A stretch of DNA of 64,000 nucleotides from Hypanus sabinus (taxonomy: Eukaryota), in contig NC_082728.1 in NCBI RefSeq assembly GCF_030144855.1, positions 43,090,001 through 43,154,000 on the forward strand, given 5' to 3'. The notes under the pieces are model-generated. The model did no database searches. It had not been told where the DNA came from and saw only the letters and a list, made by a program, of their open reading frames with translations. Position 1 is the first letter of the stretch. Each line of letters opens with the position of its first letter. Both the position numbers and the translations under genes were made by a program. Shown piece by piece: positions 49,191 through 63,627 of this stretch.

Positions 49191-50925
49191 ATGTGGTGAA
49201 TAGGCAGAAGAAACAAGTCTGAATGGATAAATAAAATCCCACTTGGATTACAATGGGATGAGGGTTTTGAGAGGCATTTGATATTCTTTTTTCTGAAAGA
49301 GGAGTGAAAGTTAGTAAAACAGTTCAAGAGTGTCTCAGCATAGAGAAGCTGGTGTAAGGCTATAAAGTTCAGGGATGACTTCTTTCATCTTATTCATTCC
49401 TGACACAGGGGCAAGACAACAAACAAAAGCTTCTTTGCTTCATTTCTCCTTTCACAGCAACCAGAGAGCACTTGCAAGCTTGGGTGTCAAAATTCTGCTT
49501 TTGGAAGGTGATGTGTGTTCTGGTAACAACAATGGACAAGGAAGATAAAGCAGAGGTGGTCAGCATTCTGCCTTGTCGGTTTTGGTTCTGCTGGTGCTCT
49601 GTATTTGTTGGGCTACAGGCAGGGGAAATCGCTCCCAGTGATTCCTACTCCAGATTGTAGAAGTAGGTACTGTTGGGTTTTGTTGTGATATCTGCTACAA
49701 TTAGTGAACTATTTCTGATCTATCCACCCATGGATCTGTGCACCAACTGTGTGCAGACACATTATTTGTCAGTTTTGCATTTCATCCTGATTTTCTTACT
49801 GTTTTACATGAAAATTTTTATCCTGCACCTGCACATGCTTAGCCTACGTTATGTGTTGATGAAACAGCAATACAACTCTCTGAATAGACATGGAGTAGAA
49901 TCACAGTTAAAAGCCACAAATCACCAATGGTTCAAGAACCAGTGTGCCCAGATTGGCAGAGGTTCCACGTTGTATCCAATGGAAAAGCTCTATACTTCAT
50001 ATTAGGTGCTAACATTTTTTGGATTGCAAAATTAAACAGCCCATGTCTTCTGAAATAACACAGAGGCCCATTTACTTTGGCTCACAAGTGAAATCATTTA
50101 CAATCTTCTGTCAGGTTAAAGTGGAATGACGCACGTTGGCTTTCACACTATAAAGCTTTTAAACCTTGCAATTTTAAATGATTATACTTTACATTTTATT
50201 TAAGTGTTGTTATCTTTTCTCCTTTCCAATTTAAACACATTGAAAACATTTATTGAAATTTCATTAATTTGAACCACAATCACTTTTATCATAGAAATAT
50301 TAATAAAAACAAATTGTACTGAAATTAAAGACTTTCAAAATGCATTATTTAACATACAGATACAAGCAACAAAAATCATAGATAAGAAACTGATGAACCT
50401 GTATTTTGGAAATGGTTTTTGACCATTTTAAAATTATTTTTACATACTCATCTATTTCTTAGTCACTTGGGGTCAGGAATAATTAGTTTCTTTTCTAATT
50501 CTGTGGGATCCAGGCTGACTGAGGAGCTGTAGTCAGAATCCATCCATTCTGCCCCAGGTGAGGAGGTGAGGCCCATTGATGGAGTGTGCATAGCTGGGTC
50601 ATTTGGAATGGGGTGTCTGATCACTGCCTCAGTGAGCTTCCATCACAGACATTCAAGGAGTTCACTGACTTCCTGAATTCACTTGCCTCATTTTGGGTAC
50701 TCATACCTGATCTTTTAAAACAATAAAAAAGATCATTACAATGTTACCTCTCTTTTGCTATACATTACTCCGCATTGGTTTAGATATTGGGTCTCGCTGC
50801 CCTTGATGCATGCACCGAGTGGGAGTTTGCTTTAGCGATTATGCCATTTGGGGAACGGGTGGGTGGTGATGGTGAAAAAACCCTCAATTGAGAAATTTAC
50901 CCATAAAGGGTTGTTCCCCCCACCC

Positions 50926-51095
50926 TGTCTCTCTATCTATATATATCTATCTATCTATCTATCTATCTCTCTGTGTCTCTGTCTACCTCTCTATTTCTCT
51001 CTGTTTACCTTTCAATCTCTCTCTCTCACTCTCCCTGCTCTATCTTGCAATTGATCTCCTCTTTTCTCTCCACCTCCTCTCACTTTCTCTCTCCT
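50926..51095. repeat. Compound (TATC)n/(TC)n microsatellite
   Basis: Directly visible in the sequence. Confidence 0.9.
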
Positions 51096-51324
51096 GCTGA
51101 GATGCTGCCTTTGAAGATAATATCACCTTCTATGTAACTGCCACACAACCATTGCTTTGAAGTCTACTTCCAATGGCAGTCAAACTATAATAGCTCAGAG
51201 CTCATGGAGCTATCACTGAAGAGGATTGTTGATTTGGACATGAGGTGAAGGGTGGTGGTGGGAGTTGGAGATGGGGAAGTGGTGATGAAGAGGGAGACAT
51301 ATAGTGTGTATGTTCTTCATTGTC

Positions 51325-51897
51325 TGTGGCTTTATAAAGCATTTGTCAGACTACGTTTGGAGTAGTGTGAGTAGTTTTGGGACCTATGTCTGAAAAAGGT
51401 TGTGCTGGCATTGGAAAGGGTCCAGAGATGGGTTTACAAGAATGATCCCGGAAATGAAAGGATTAACATCTGAAGAGAGTTTGATGGCCCTGGGCCTGCT
51501 TTTGCTGGAAATGGGAAGAATGAGAAGGATCTCATTGAAATATGTGGAATATTGAAAGGCCCTAGATAGAGTGGACATGGAGAGGATGAGTACTATAGTG
51601 GAAGAGTTTAGGACTAGAGGGCAAGGCCTCAAAATGGTCAGACATCACTTTACATCAGAGAAGTTTCTTTAGTTGTGTAATTGTAGAACTGTTTGCCACA
51701 ATGGGCTGTGGAGGCTGAATCATTGGGTATATTGAAAGTAGAAGCTGACAGATCCTTAATTAGTAAAGGTGTCAAAGGTTATGGAGAGAAGGCAGGAGAA
51801 TTGGGTTGAGAGGGAAAATACAGCAGCCATGATTGGATGGTGGAGCAGACTGGATGAGCTGAATGGTCTAATTCTGCACCCATGTCTTATGCTCTTA
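51325..51897 (+). mobile_element. CR1 3' fragment
   Basis: Contains 'ggcattggaaagggtccagaga...aagaatgatcccggaaatgaaagg', 'aggactagagggca' and the tail 'atgtcttatgctctta'. Confidence 0.85.
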
Positions 51898-54800
51898 TTC
51901 CCTTTCCATGATCAAACCCACAGTTCAATTGGATAAATGAGCAGAAGGCATTGTAAGATAGGACTCATAACTGAGACATTGAAAAACTCCTTGAGAGAGA
52001 CTGACACAAATAAATGATCCCCAACACAACTGTGCAATAAATAATCAGACAGGCTCATTTTAAAAGAAAAACATCAATATCCCAACAGGGTGATTTGCTG
52101 CAAAGTTTGTACTTGGTATTTATGTGAACGCAAAACTCATACTGTAGGCTGTACATTATTGGTCCCATTTCTGTTGTAATTTACACATTGATATTGTTAT
52201 CATTTGTATGAAAGATATAAGACAAAATACACTCAGGCTGGTCTGAATTGTGATTCATTCCTTTCAGTTTCCTGATTTAAATCACTTACAAAATAAGCAT
52301 TTCAAACATAAAAAGGTGCAAATTCATTCAATTTCTGTGCTATATTCAAGGCCACTTTTAGCTGAGTTGGTTCAGCACTCATTTTTGTTTCTCTTTGAAG
52401 GAAATGTCAATGCTCGTATTTCAAAACCTGCATAAAAAGGGAGTACATTTTCAACTTTAATGTTTTCATGTTGGTGAGATAGAATAATTGGAATCTACCT
52501 GTGTATTGGCCAGATTTGATGGGAGTAACACACAATGCTCCGTGCCACCCAATTACTTCTTAAGATTTGGAAATATAAATGCATTCTGTACTTTATCAAT
52601 GAATTATTCCATTGGGGGTTAATTATCAATCGATTGATTCCTTTGGTTCGAAAGTACACAATCCAGACTGTAGCCTATTTTAAGTTGTCTCCAGACACAA
52701 GAGCAAATGTACGTAGGACCGGTGAGGCTGAAGAGGCATCCTGATCAGGCCAGTGCAGCAGACAAAATTCTGACTCTTTTTCATGGAATATTATTAACCC
52801 CACAATGTTGTTGGGCCTGGATTTGATTTTTTTTTTGTTTTGAGATCCATCTTGCCTCAATTGGTGAAGACAAGATCAGCTGATTTTAAAGTAATAAATC
52901 TACAGAATTTATTCCTAGGAGTGTTGCTGAGCAAAAATTGGTGATTATCAAATTAATATAAAACCAGGGCAAATATCTTCAATCATGGCTCGAGATGCAG
53001 GTTCTGGGGAATTGCTTCAAGAAGTAGGGCTGTGCACAAAAATTGACAGAAAGGACTATTGCAGGCTTCAGTGATGTAGGAAGATACAGGGGAGCAGGAG
53101 AATGGGAAAAGTCAATGTTTGTTAGAAGATGTGGTGTGGTCAACAGGATGGTAGAAACGAGAGTGCTTTATATCCCCAAGGAATTCAGGTTTAGAGGGAC
53201 TAAAAGAATCATCCTTATCTTGGGAAGATATAGCAGGTGCAAAATGTGAAAAGGAGAAGTAAGGAAATGCTGAGAAGAGCAGAAGAAAACAACTGATGAC
53301 TTAGAAAAACTGATTGTGGCAAATGACAACAGTAAAGCCAATGGTAAGCCAAGCCATGAACATGCACAGTGCTTCTATTAGACATTCATTATAATTCTGA
53401 AGGATGGCCAACTTCACCCCATGAAATTTCTTAAATATTTCAAAATGACCACTAAACCGTTGAGCGTAACTGAACTACTAAGTATGGATAATGCATAACA
53501 CTCCAGATGGAGGGAAAGGAATTCAGTTCTGTGGAATGACAGAACCAAGGATCTCTGTTAACTGGTTCATACCATTCAACCTAAACAAGCCCATTTTCTT
53601 TTCACTAAATCCCTCAGTCACCATTATCTTATCAGATCATATTGAGAAATATGAAATGCTATTCAATGGTCCGACTGCCTGATCATCTTGGCAGCGTGTA
53701 CTTGGAAAAGTTAGAAGAGAAACTGGAGTGGACAGGGTTCACAAGGTAAGGGAACAACTCTGAGGTCATTTCTGCAGCTGAAGGCTTTGGACAAATAGAA
53801 ATGATGGTAGCTCTTGGAATGAAAGGAGAATATAAAACAGAATCATGCAGAACTTCATACACCTCAATGTACCAGCTAGACTACAGTATGTCCATATATT
53901 AGCTTTACCTTCTTGAATTCGGTTCCACCGAATTTCTCAAGGTGGATTGAAACTATATCCTCTGATTGGAGGTAAGATTCCATCAGTGACTCCCAACTGA
54001 CACTTTCAGGAAGAGGGGAGGGAAGGAAAGCTGTTGGGTATTAAGCTATGTTGTAGAGGAAAGAGCAGTGAGGGCTAGTAACTAGTACATAGGGATGCGG
54101 TTTATGCTAGGGAATTGCAGACAAAGCCTAGAGTAGAGATATGGAATGCAGCAGTGATGACATCCAAGGTTCAGGCGTTCCGCTAATTATGTTATTGCGT
54201 GCACCCTTTGCTGTAACAGAAAATTGGATTCACTGTTAGATCTGTGGTCAACCGCTTTGGTCTGTAAACAGGACCTAGTCCATTACTTAATTAAGTCTTT
54301 CTGTAGCTACCAACTGTTATCAAAATGTAGCTTTACTGATAATCTCATCAACTGAGAATGTCAAAGCTCTACCAAATTCATGCCCGGGAAGGTAAACTTT
54401 GATTGCTTTTATGGTGCATGCCAGTTTTTAATTAGTCACCCGTGAACACCAACTCTGTGTGATCTTTCAATTTGCTCCTACAACTTATTTACAATGCTTG
54501 AATGGCATGTGGACATAGGGATCCATGTATCACAGACATATCTCTGTTATCCCATTTACTTTCATTCAATTAATTAGTAAATGAGACCATACAGGAATAG
54601 GCTTAGTTTGCCTGGTACCCCACAATGAACAAGTTGCATTTATGCGAATAATAGCAATGGTTTGTGTTAAGGAAAATCCTGTTGTATTGACCGTACGAAA
54701 CAGCGTTTTTCTCTCATATAACAGTGAGGTAAGATTTCAATATTAGAAATGTCTGCCATATGGAAAGTGAGTTTTTTTAAGCTATGTATAAAATTTGGAT

Positions 54801-55639
54801 TAAGGTCTAAGTTACTCTTCAGTCATCAGTAATTAGTTATGTCATTTTTACCACAGAATAATTGCTAGTTCATCTTTCCCTGTGGATGTATCCTCCATTG
54901 CCAAGGCATCTCCTCCAGGCACTTGTCTAGACTGTTTATGAGACTGAGCAAGGTTGATGTGCATTACATTACAATATGTTTTGGTCACTAATCTTACTTT
55001 ACTTTCAGGGCAAAACATGTGTAAAGTCTGGCTTTCTTACAATGTTTAACATTTAATTTTTTAAAACACTGCTATGATCAATGCTGATGTATGCCTTATG
55101 AATTTTAGTGTTTTGAAGTATCGTTGCTAACATCAGCCTGCAGTATTAATCAATAATGGGAAAAAAATCGCAGAATTCAATATCATTTAGTATGGTGCTG
55201 ATCCACTGTGTATTGCTTGCACTCTTTTCAAATTTAAATCCACTCTTTACAATCATTAAACATAACAGGCAGATGTAATCTTCTTGCTGTTTGACAAATG
55301 AGCTCTGGAAGAGCACAGCCTAGAAATTCCCTTTCACAATGCTGAACTGTAATTACTCTCCACGTTGCAATGACATTACATTATCCACCATTTAATGGAA
55401 GAGCTAATCCATTTACTTTAAACAGATGGATTATTCTATACCAGCAGTTGTTAAAGAATGTCAGAGTCATCTTAACACGCATAGCAACATGGCTGCTGTT
55501 TTGATAAAAGTAAACAGGGTCACCCACTTGGATTAAAGGAAAACACAATCAAAAGTTATATTTGTAATCACAAGGAGCAGTGGTTTAAATAATTAGAGAA
55601 TATCAAAATAGTGAGTGGTTGGTCTTCCTCTCACTCTGG

Positions 55640-56030
55640 TGGGAGCGCTACCTCTCTCTCTTGTTAGTGAGAGAGAGAGAGAGAGAGAGCCTCTGTGATG
55701 TCAAAGTACAGGACGAACAGTTTTTTTTGATAGACTCTAGATCATGGTCTATTCGGAGGCTTTGATATTGCCTGCATGGCGAGTGGTGTGTGGGGGGGGT
55801 GTGGGCTGATGCTTTTGTTGAGGCAGATTGGGGAGGGGAGAGGAGGGGTTGGTGCTGCTGCTTTTGCATGGGAGGGGGAGGGGGGTCTTTGGGGTTCTAA
55901 CGTTTTTCTGTCATTCACTCTTCGGGGTTTTTCTTCTTCATAGATGTCTGTGAAGAGTAAGAATTTCAGGTTGTATACTGTATACATCCTCCAATATTAA
56001 ATGGAAGCATTGAACTATTGAACCATTGAG
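55640..56030 (+). mobile_element. Non-autonomous retroposon with a (GA)n tract, G-rich core and (cattgaa)n tail
   Basis: The 3' end reads 'gtaagaatttcaggttgtata...cattgaactattgaaccattga'. Confidence 0.6.
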
Positions 56031-56465
56031 AAACACTGTACTCCCTCCTCAACTGCCCTGATCATTTCAACTCCACAGCATCAGATGAAGAAAATTAGCA
56101 ATACTAATGTTAATTCACTGGTACTGATTTGTATTTCTTGCATATCCTGAAATACTTGCAGCATCGGTTTAAAATTATCTCAAAACTTTACCCCAATTAC
56201 AGTTTTTAGATTCTGTGTTCTGACTATATTTCATTTGGATCTTTAAAGATTAGCTTTATTCGTCACTCGTACTTTAAAACATCAAAACATATGGTGAAAT
56301 GTGTTGTTTTTTACTCAAATCTGTGAGTATTGTTTTGGGCAACCCACAAGTATCACCATACTTCCAGTGTCAACATGGCAAGTCCACAGCTCACTAATCA
56401 TAATGTAATGGCATGTGGGAGGGAACCAGAACACTTGGAGGAAACCCACACAGTCATGGGGAGCA

Positions 56466-59110
56466 CCATAAGACCATAACACATAAGAGCAAAATTAGGC
56501 CATTTGTTCCATCAAGTCTGCTCTGCCATTCAATCAGGGCTGATCCTTTTCTCCCCCTCCCCAGCCTTCTCACCGTAACTGTTGATGCCGTGTCCAATCA
56601 AGAACCTATCAAGCTCTACCTTAAACACACCCAACGACTTGGCCTCCACAGCTGTCTGTGGTAATAAGTTCCACAAATTCACCACCCTCTAGCTAAAGAA
56701 ATTTCTCCACATCTCTATTATAAATGGATGCCATTCTATCCTGAGGCTGTGCCCTCTTGTCCTAGACAACCCCACCGTGGGAAACATCCTTTCTACGTCT
56801 ACTCTATCAACATTTGAAAGGTTTCAATGAGCCATCTCCCCCCCATCCCTCTAAAATCAAGTAACTACAGACCCAGTGGGATCAAATGTTCCTTGTATGG
56901 TAACCCTTTTGTTCCCAGAATCATCCTTGTGAACCTCCACTGAACCCTCTCCAATGCCAACACATCTTTTCTAAGATGAAGAGCCCAAAACTGTTCACAA
57001 TACTGAAGGTGAGGCCTCACCAGTGCCTTATAAAGCCTCAGCATCACATCCCTGCTCTTGTATTCGAGACCTCTTGAAATCAATGCTAACATTCCATTTG
57101 CCTTCCTCACCACCGACTCTACCCGCAAGGTAACCTTCAGGGTGTTCTGCACAAGGACTCCCAAGTCCTTTTGCATCACAGATTTTCGGATTTTCTCCCC
57201 ATTTAGAAAATAGTCTGCACATTTATTTCTTCTACCAAAGTGCTTGACATACATTTTCCAACATTGTATTTCATTTCACACTTTCTTGCCCATTCTCCTA
57301 ATCTGTCTGAACCCTCCTGCAACCTACCAGTTTCCTCAACACTACTTGCACCTCCACCAATCTTCATATCATCTGCAAACTTGACAACCAAGCCATCTAT
57401 TCTATCATCTAAATTGTTTATATACAGCATAAAAATAGCACCTGCGGAACACCACTAGTCACTGGCAGCCGAGCAGAGAAGGGTCCTTTTATTCCCACTC
57501 ACTGTCTCCTACCAATCAGCCAGTGCTCTAACCATGCCAGTAACTTTCCTGTAATACCATGGACTCTTAACCTGGCAAGCAGCCTCATGTATGGCACCTT
57601 GTTAAAGTCCAAATATACAATATCCACTGCACCCACTTTATCTATCCTACTTGGTTTCCTCAAAAGATTCCAACACGTTCATCCGGCAAGATTTTCCCTT
57701 AAGGAAACTATTGACTCCAACGTCTTCTTTATCACTAAGGTTAGGCTAACTGGCATATAATTACCTTTCTGCGGCCTTTCTCCTTTCTTAAAGAGTTGTG
57801 TGACATTTGCAATTTTCCAGTCCTCTGGCCAGAGTCCAATGATATTTGAAAGATCATTACTTATGCTTCCACAATCTCTACTGCCACTATTTTTCAAAAC
57901 CAGAGGGTGCAGTTCATCTGGAGCAGGTGTCCTATGTATCCTTAGGTCTTTCAGCTTTTGAGCACCTTCTCCCTTGTAATAGTAACTGCACTCACTCCCT
58001 CACACCATTCAACATCTGGCACACTGTTAGTGTCTTTCTCAGTGAAGACGGATGCAAAATACTCATTTACTTCATCTGTCATCCCCTTGTCCCCCGTATT
58101 ATTTCTCCAGCCTCATTTTCTAGTAGCCCTATATCAACTCTCATTTATTTTTTACATACTTGAAAAAGCTTTCACTATCTATTTTGATATTGTTTGCTAG
58201 CTTGCTTTCACATTTCATCTTTTCCGTACTATGATTCTTTTAGTTGCTCTCTGTAGGTTTTTAAAAGCTTCCCAATCTTCTGTTTTACCACTGATTTTTG
58301 CACTGTTGTATGCCCTCTCTTTTGCTTTTACATTAGCTTTGACTTCCCTTGTTAGGCACAGTTGTACTATTTTGACATTTGAGTATTTCTTTGTCTTTGG
58401 AATAAATCTATTCTGCACCTTCCTCATTTTTCCCAGAAACTCACACCATTTCTGTTATGCTATTATCTCTGTCAGCATCTCCTTCCTATTTACTTTGGCT
58501 AATTCCTCTCTCATACCACTGTGATTACTCCACTGAAATCAGACTTTACTTTCTCTCTATCAGATTTCAAGCTGAACTCAATCATATTGTGATCACTGCC
58601 TCCTAAGGGTTCTTTTACATTAAGCTCCCTATCAGCTCTGGTTCATTGCATAACATCCAGTCCAGTACAGCTGATCCCCTAGTAGGCTCAACAACAAACT
58701 GCTCTAAAAAGCCATCTCATAGGCACTCAACAAACTCCCTCACTTGAGACCCATTTCCAATCTGATTTTCCCAATCGACCTGCATGTTGAAATCTCCCAT
58801 GACTATCATAACATTGGCCTTTTGACACACCTTTTCTATTTCCCATTGTAATCTGTGCTCCACATCCCAGCTACGGTTGGGAAGCCTGTATATAACTGCC
58901 ATCAGAGTCCTTTTACCTTTGAGGTTTCTTTATTCAACCCACAAGGATTCAACATCTTCCATGTCACAGCTTTCTACTGAACTGATGCCATTCTTTGCCA
59001 GCAGAGCCATGCCACCCTCTCTGCCTACCTCCTATTGCTCCGATACAAAATGTAACCTCAGACATACCTCTCCTGACTACAATCACCCTTCAGCCACAAT
59101 TCAGTGATTT
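56466..59110 (-). mobile_element. CR1 LINE, decayed ORF2 with internal deletions
   Basis: Peptides read VIYRLPN..MGDFN (endonuclease), DWKIANVTQLFKKG, KFADDMKIG, KDLGV and LVRPHLQYCEQFW..LERVQ. The tail 'ccataagaccataa' is at the left. Confidence 0.95.
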
Positions 59111-59505
59111 CCAACATGTTCTGCTTTTATTGCATATGAACAACTCTTGAATTTTCCTTGAAGAAGTAAGACCCATTTATGTAAAATCTCTTTAATATAA
59201 ACTTCCTGAGCCTTGTTTTAATCACAGCTCTGAGAGCAAAATTACATTGAATGGGTTAAAACATCATCATTTTACACCTGTCATTAAAAATCGTTTCTTG
59301 GTGGAAAAGTAGCATGAAACATTGTAAGCTTAAACATATCATCTGGAGGTTGCTGTGTGTGGGCAGCGGCTACCCGTGAGAAGACAGGAAGCAGTGAGCA
59401 GTGAATGGTGAACGGAGGAGGCAATTGTGGTTTTGTTTATCGTCTGTGGGAAGAGGACTTTGGGGACATGATATCATCTCGAGTCCCATTGGGGAGGGTT
59501 TAAAC

Positions 59506-59589
59506 CAGCGTTCTCAACTTGGGGTCCAGGGGCCCCTCGGTTAATGGTATGGGTAAGGCTCCATGACATTAAAAAAACTGGAACCCCTG
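59506..59589. mobile_element. 84-bp hAT (Buster/Charlie) MITE
   Basis: Ends are 'cagcgttctcaac' and 'ctggaacccctg'. The 8-bp TSD is gtttaaac / ctttaaat (6/8 match, central TA). Confidence 0.75.
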
Positions 59590-60021
59590 CTTTAAATTTA
59601 GGAACTAGGACCCAGTATAGGAGTATTGTAGCTGGTGAGGAATGGACACATGTAGAAAGAAAATTAAAGTAAGTCTAGTACACAGAGCTTTTAGAGAATT
59701 CATCAAACACATGGCATGAACTAAAGGCTGGACTTAATGTCTAACAAGTAAAGCACATTAACTGAGGGTGCTGATTAACATAGGGAAACATGGTGTTGTT
59801 GTTATTTTGGAGTTGTGGTTGAAAGATGGGCAGGTGATGCAACCATCCAGGGTGCAATAGATTATGGCCATACTGTGTGCAAATCTAAAAGAAGAGGTGA
59901 AATTGCAACACTCAAAAAGGAGCCCATTAGTGCAATGAAGAGTATGAATATCCTAATAAGTTCTTCAATTCAGGCCCAGTCGTCGAGCGTAGATATAAAC
60001 AAATGGAAATAACTCTTGTAG

Positions 60022-60400
60022 ATAAGACTGCAGGACCATAAGGCATGGGAGCAAAATTAGGCCATTCATCCCATTGAGTCTACTCCATCATGGGTGATTT
60101 ATTATCCCTCTCATCCTCATTCTCCTGCCTTCTTCGTGTAAACTTTGAAGCCCTGTCTAATCAAGAACCTGCTTTAAATGCACTCAGTGACTTGGACTCC
60201 ACTGCCATCTGCGGCAATGAAGTCCACAGATTCACTACCCTCTGGCTAAAGGAATTCCTCCTCAATTCTGTTCTAAATTAATGTCCTTCTATTCTGAAGC
60301 TATGTCCTCTGGTCTTAGACTTGTCCACTGTAGGAAACATCCTCTCCACATACACTTTGTCTATCAATATTTGATAGGTTTCAATGAGATCCTTCCCTAT
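60022..60400 (-). mobile_element. CR1 3' fragment, inside an older + strand CR1 relic (~59400-60930)
   Basis: Homologous to 56466-56850. Confidence 0.8.
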
Positions 60401-61042
60401 TCTGCTGTACAGAAGAATGTACAATTGGCCTTCAAACAGTCAATGGAAAGGTTTGAAGGCCAATCACAGAAAAGCAAAAATAAGAATATTACAGGGTTTC
60501 AGCTTCCACAGTTTTATTGAGATTGCCTTGGTGTGAAAGGATTGGAGGGTGCAAGAATTTTCGAAGTGCACTCAGGAGAGATTTTTGACCTAGTACATTA
60601 TTGGACCTACTCAAGAAAGTTTAGTATTGGACTTAATCTATGGGAATGTAGCTGGGCATACAGTTGAAATATGAGTGGAATAGAATTTTAGAGGTTATGA
60701 CTGTAATTCTGCAATGTTTAAGATTGTTATGATAGTCTAGAAATTAAGGTCCTGAATAATGCTGACCTTAAAAATGATACGGCAAGGGATCTGCCATAAG
60801 TCTATTGGCAGAAAGAAGCATGTGGTCAGCTTGGGTCATTCAGAAGTAAACTGACAAAAATTCAGTTGAGTAAAAAGGCATTCAGGAAACTTGCATTCAT
60901 TAGGTGGAGCATATAACATAAAAGAAATCCACGTGTATTAATGCAAACATGAGGAAATCTGCAGATGCTGGAAATTCAAGCAACGCGCACAAAATGCTGG
61001 TGGAACGCAGCAGGCCAGGCAGCATCTATAGGCAGAAGCACT

Positions 61043-61077
61043 GTCGGCGTTCCGGGCTGAGACCCTTCATCAGGACT
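61043..61077 (-). ncRNA. Hammerhead motif, mutated core (probably inactive)
   Basis: Reads guc-CUGAUGA-A-GGG(ucucag)CCC-GGAAC-GCC-gac. GAAA is changed to GGAA and GUC to GCC. Confidence 0.6.
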
Positions 61078-63591
61078 AATGGAAAAAAGAGATAGTAAGA
61101 GATTTGAAAGTGGTGGGGGAGATCCAAAATGATAGAAGACAGGAGGGGGAGGGATGAAGCTAAGAGCTGGAAAGCTGATTGGCAAAAGGGATACAGAGCT
61201 GGAGAAGGGAAAGGATCATGGGACGGGAGGCCTCAGGAGAAAGAAAGGGGGAGGGAAGCACCAGAGGGAGATGGAGAACAGGCAGAGTGATGGGCAGAAA
61301 GAGAGAAAAAAAAGGAGGGGGAAAAATCTAAATATATCAGGGATGGGGTAAGAAGAGGAGGAGGGTCATTAACCGAAGTTGGAGAAGTCAATGTTCATGT
61401 CATCAGGTTGGAGGCTACCCAGCCGGTATATAAGGTGTTGTTCCTCCAGCCTGAGTGTGGCTTCATCTTGACAGTAGAGAAGGTCATGGATTGACATATC
61501 AGAATGTTAATGGGACGTGGAATTAAAATATGTGGCCACTGGGAGATCCTGCTTTCTCTGGCGGACAGAGCGTAGGTGTTCAGCAAAACGGTCCCCCAGT
61601 CTGCGTCGGGTCTCATCAATATATAAAACGCCACACCGGGAGCAGCGGACGCAGTATATCACACCTGCTGACTCACAGGAGAAGTGTCGCCTCATCTGGA
61701 AGGACTGTCTGGGACCCTGAATGGTGGTGAGGGAGGAAGTGTAAGGGCAGGTGTAGCACTTGTTCCACTTACAAGGATAAGTGCCAGGACGGAGATCGGT
61801 AGGAAGGGATGGGGGGAACGAATGGACAAGGGAGTCACGTAGGGAGCGATCCCTGTGGAAAGCAGAAAGAGGGGCGAGGGAAAAATGTGCTTGGTTGTGG
61901 GATCTCATTGGAGGTGGCGGAAGTTACGGAGAATTATATGTTGGACCTGGAGGCTGGTGTGGTGGTAGGTGAGGACAAGGGGAACCCTATCCCAAGTGGG
62001 GTAGTGGGCGGATATAGGGTGAGGGCAGATGTGCGGGAAATGGGAGAGATGCGTTTGAGAGCAGAGTTGATGATGGAAGAAGGGAAGCCCTTTGTTTAAA
62101 AAAGGAAGACTTCTCCTTCATCCTGGAATGAAAGGCCTCATCCTGAGAGCAGATGCAGTGAAGATGGAGGAATTGCGAGAAGGGGATAGCATTTTTGCAA
62201 GACAGGGTGGGAAGATAATTAGTCCAGGTAGCTGTGAGTGTCTGTAGGCTTATAGTAGATATCAGTCGATAAGCCGTCTCCAGAGATGGAGACAGAAAGA
62301 TCAAGAAAGGGGAGGGAGGTATCAGAAATGGACCAGGTAAATCTAAGGGCAGGGTGAAAGTTGGAGGCAAAGTTAATGAAGTCAACGAGCTCAGCATGTA
62401 TGCAGGAGGCTGTGCCAATGCAGTCGTTGATGTAGCGAAGGAAAAGAGGGGAACGGATACCTGTATAGGCTTGGAACATGGACTGTTCCACAAAGCCAAC
62501 AAAAAGGCAGGCATAACTGGGACCCATACGGGTGCCCATGGCTACACCTTTGGTTTGGAGGAAGTGGGAGGAGCCAAAGGAGAAATTATTGAGAGTAAGG
62601 ACTAATTCCGCTAAACGGAGGAGAGTGGTGGTCGAGGGGAATTGGTTAGGTCTGGAGTCCAAAAAAAAGTGGAGAGCTTTGAGTCCTTCCTGGTGGGGTT
62701 CATCCTGAGAGCAGATGCGGTGGAGACAGAGGAATTGTGAGAAGGGGATAGCCTTTTTGCAAGAGACAGGGTGGGAAGGGGAATAGTCCAGGTAGCTGTG
62801 AGAGTCTGTAGGCTTATAGTAGATATCAGTAGATAAGCCATCTCCAGAGATGGAGACAGAAAAATCAAGAAAGGGGAAATCCTTGTAAGCAGAACAAGTG
62901 CTACACCTGCCCTTACACTTACTCCCTCACCACCATTCAAGGCCCCAGGGAGTCCTTCCAGGTGAGGCGACACTTCACCTGTGAGTCAGCTGATGTGGTA
63001 TACTGTGTCTGGTGCTCCCGGTGTGGCCTTTTATATATTGGTGAGACCCAACGCAGACTGGGAAGCCGTTTCGCTGAACACCTATGCTCGGTCCGCCAGA
63101 GAAAGCAGGATCTCCCAGTGGCCACACATTTTAATTCCACGTCCCATTCCCATTCTGATATGTCTATCCATGGCCTCCTCTACTGTCAAGATGAAGCCAC
63201 ACTAAGGTTGGAGGAACAACAACTTATATACCGGCTGGGTAGCCTCCAATCTGATGGCATGAACATTGACTTCTTTAACTTCCATTAACACCCCTCCTCC
63301 CCTCCTTACCCCATCCCTGATATATTTAGTTTTTTATCCCCACTCCTTTTTTTTCTCTCTTTCTGCCCATCACTCTGCCTGTTCTCCATCTCCCTCTGGT
63401 GCTCCCCTCCCCCTTTCTTTCTCCCTTGGCCTCCCATCCCATGATCCTTTCCCTTCTCCAGCTCCGTATCCCTTTTGTCAATCGCCTTTCCAACTCTTAG
63501 CTTCATCCCACCCCCTCTGGTCTTCTCCTATCATTTCACATTTTGCCTTCCGCTCCTTCTTGCAAATCTCTTACTATCTTTCCTTTCAGTT

Positions 63592-63627
63592 AGTCCTGAC
63601 GAAGGGTCTCAGCCCGAAATGTCGACA
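63592..63627 (+). ncRNA. Minimal type-I hammerhead ribozyme motif in a pLTR
   Basis: Reads guc-CUGACGA-A-GGG(ucucag)CCC-GAAAU-GUC^gac. Stem I is guc/gac, and cleavage is predicted after 63623. Confidence 0.75.

Noticed and set aside
50848-51100. ORFs rich in L/S/I/Y
   Set aside because: They are translations of the microsatellite.
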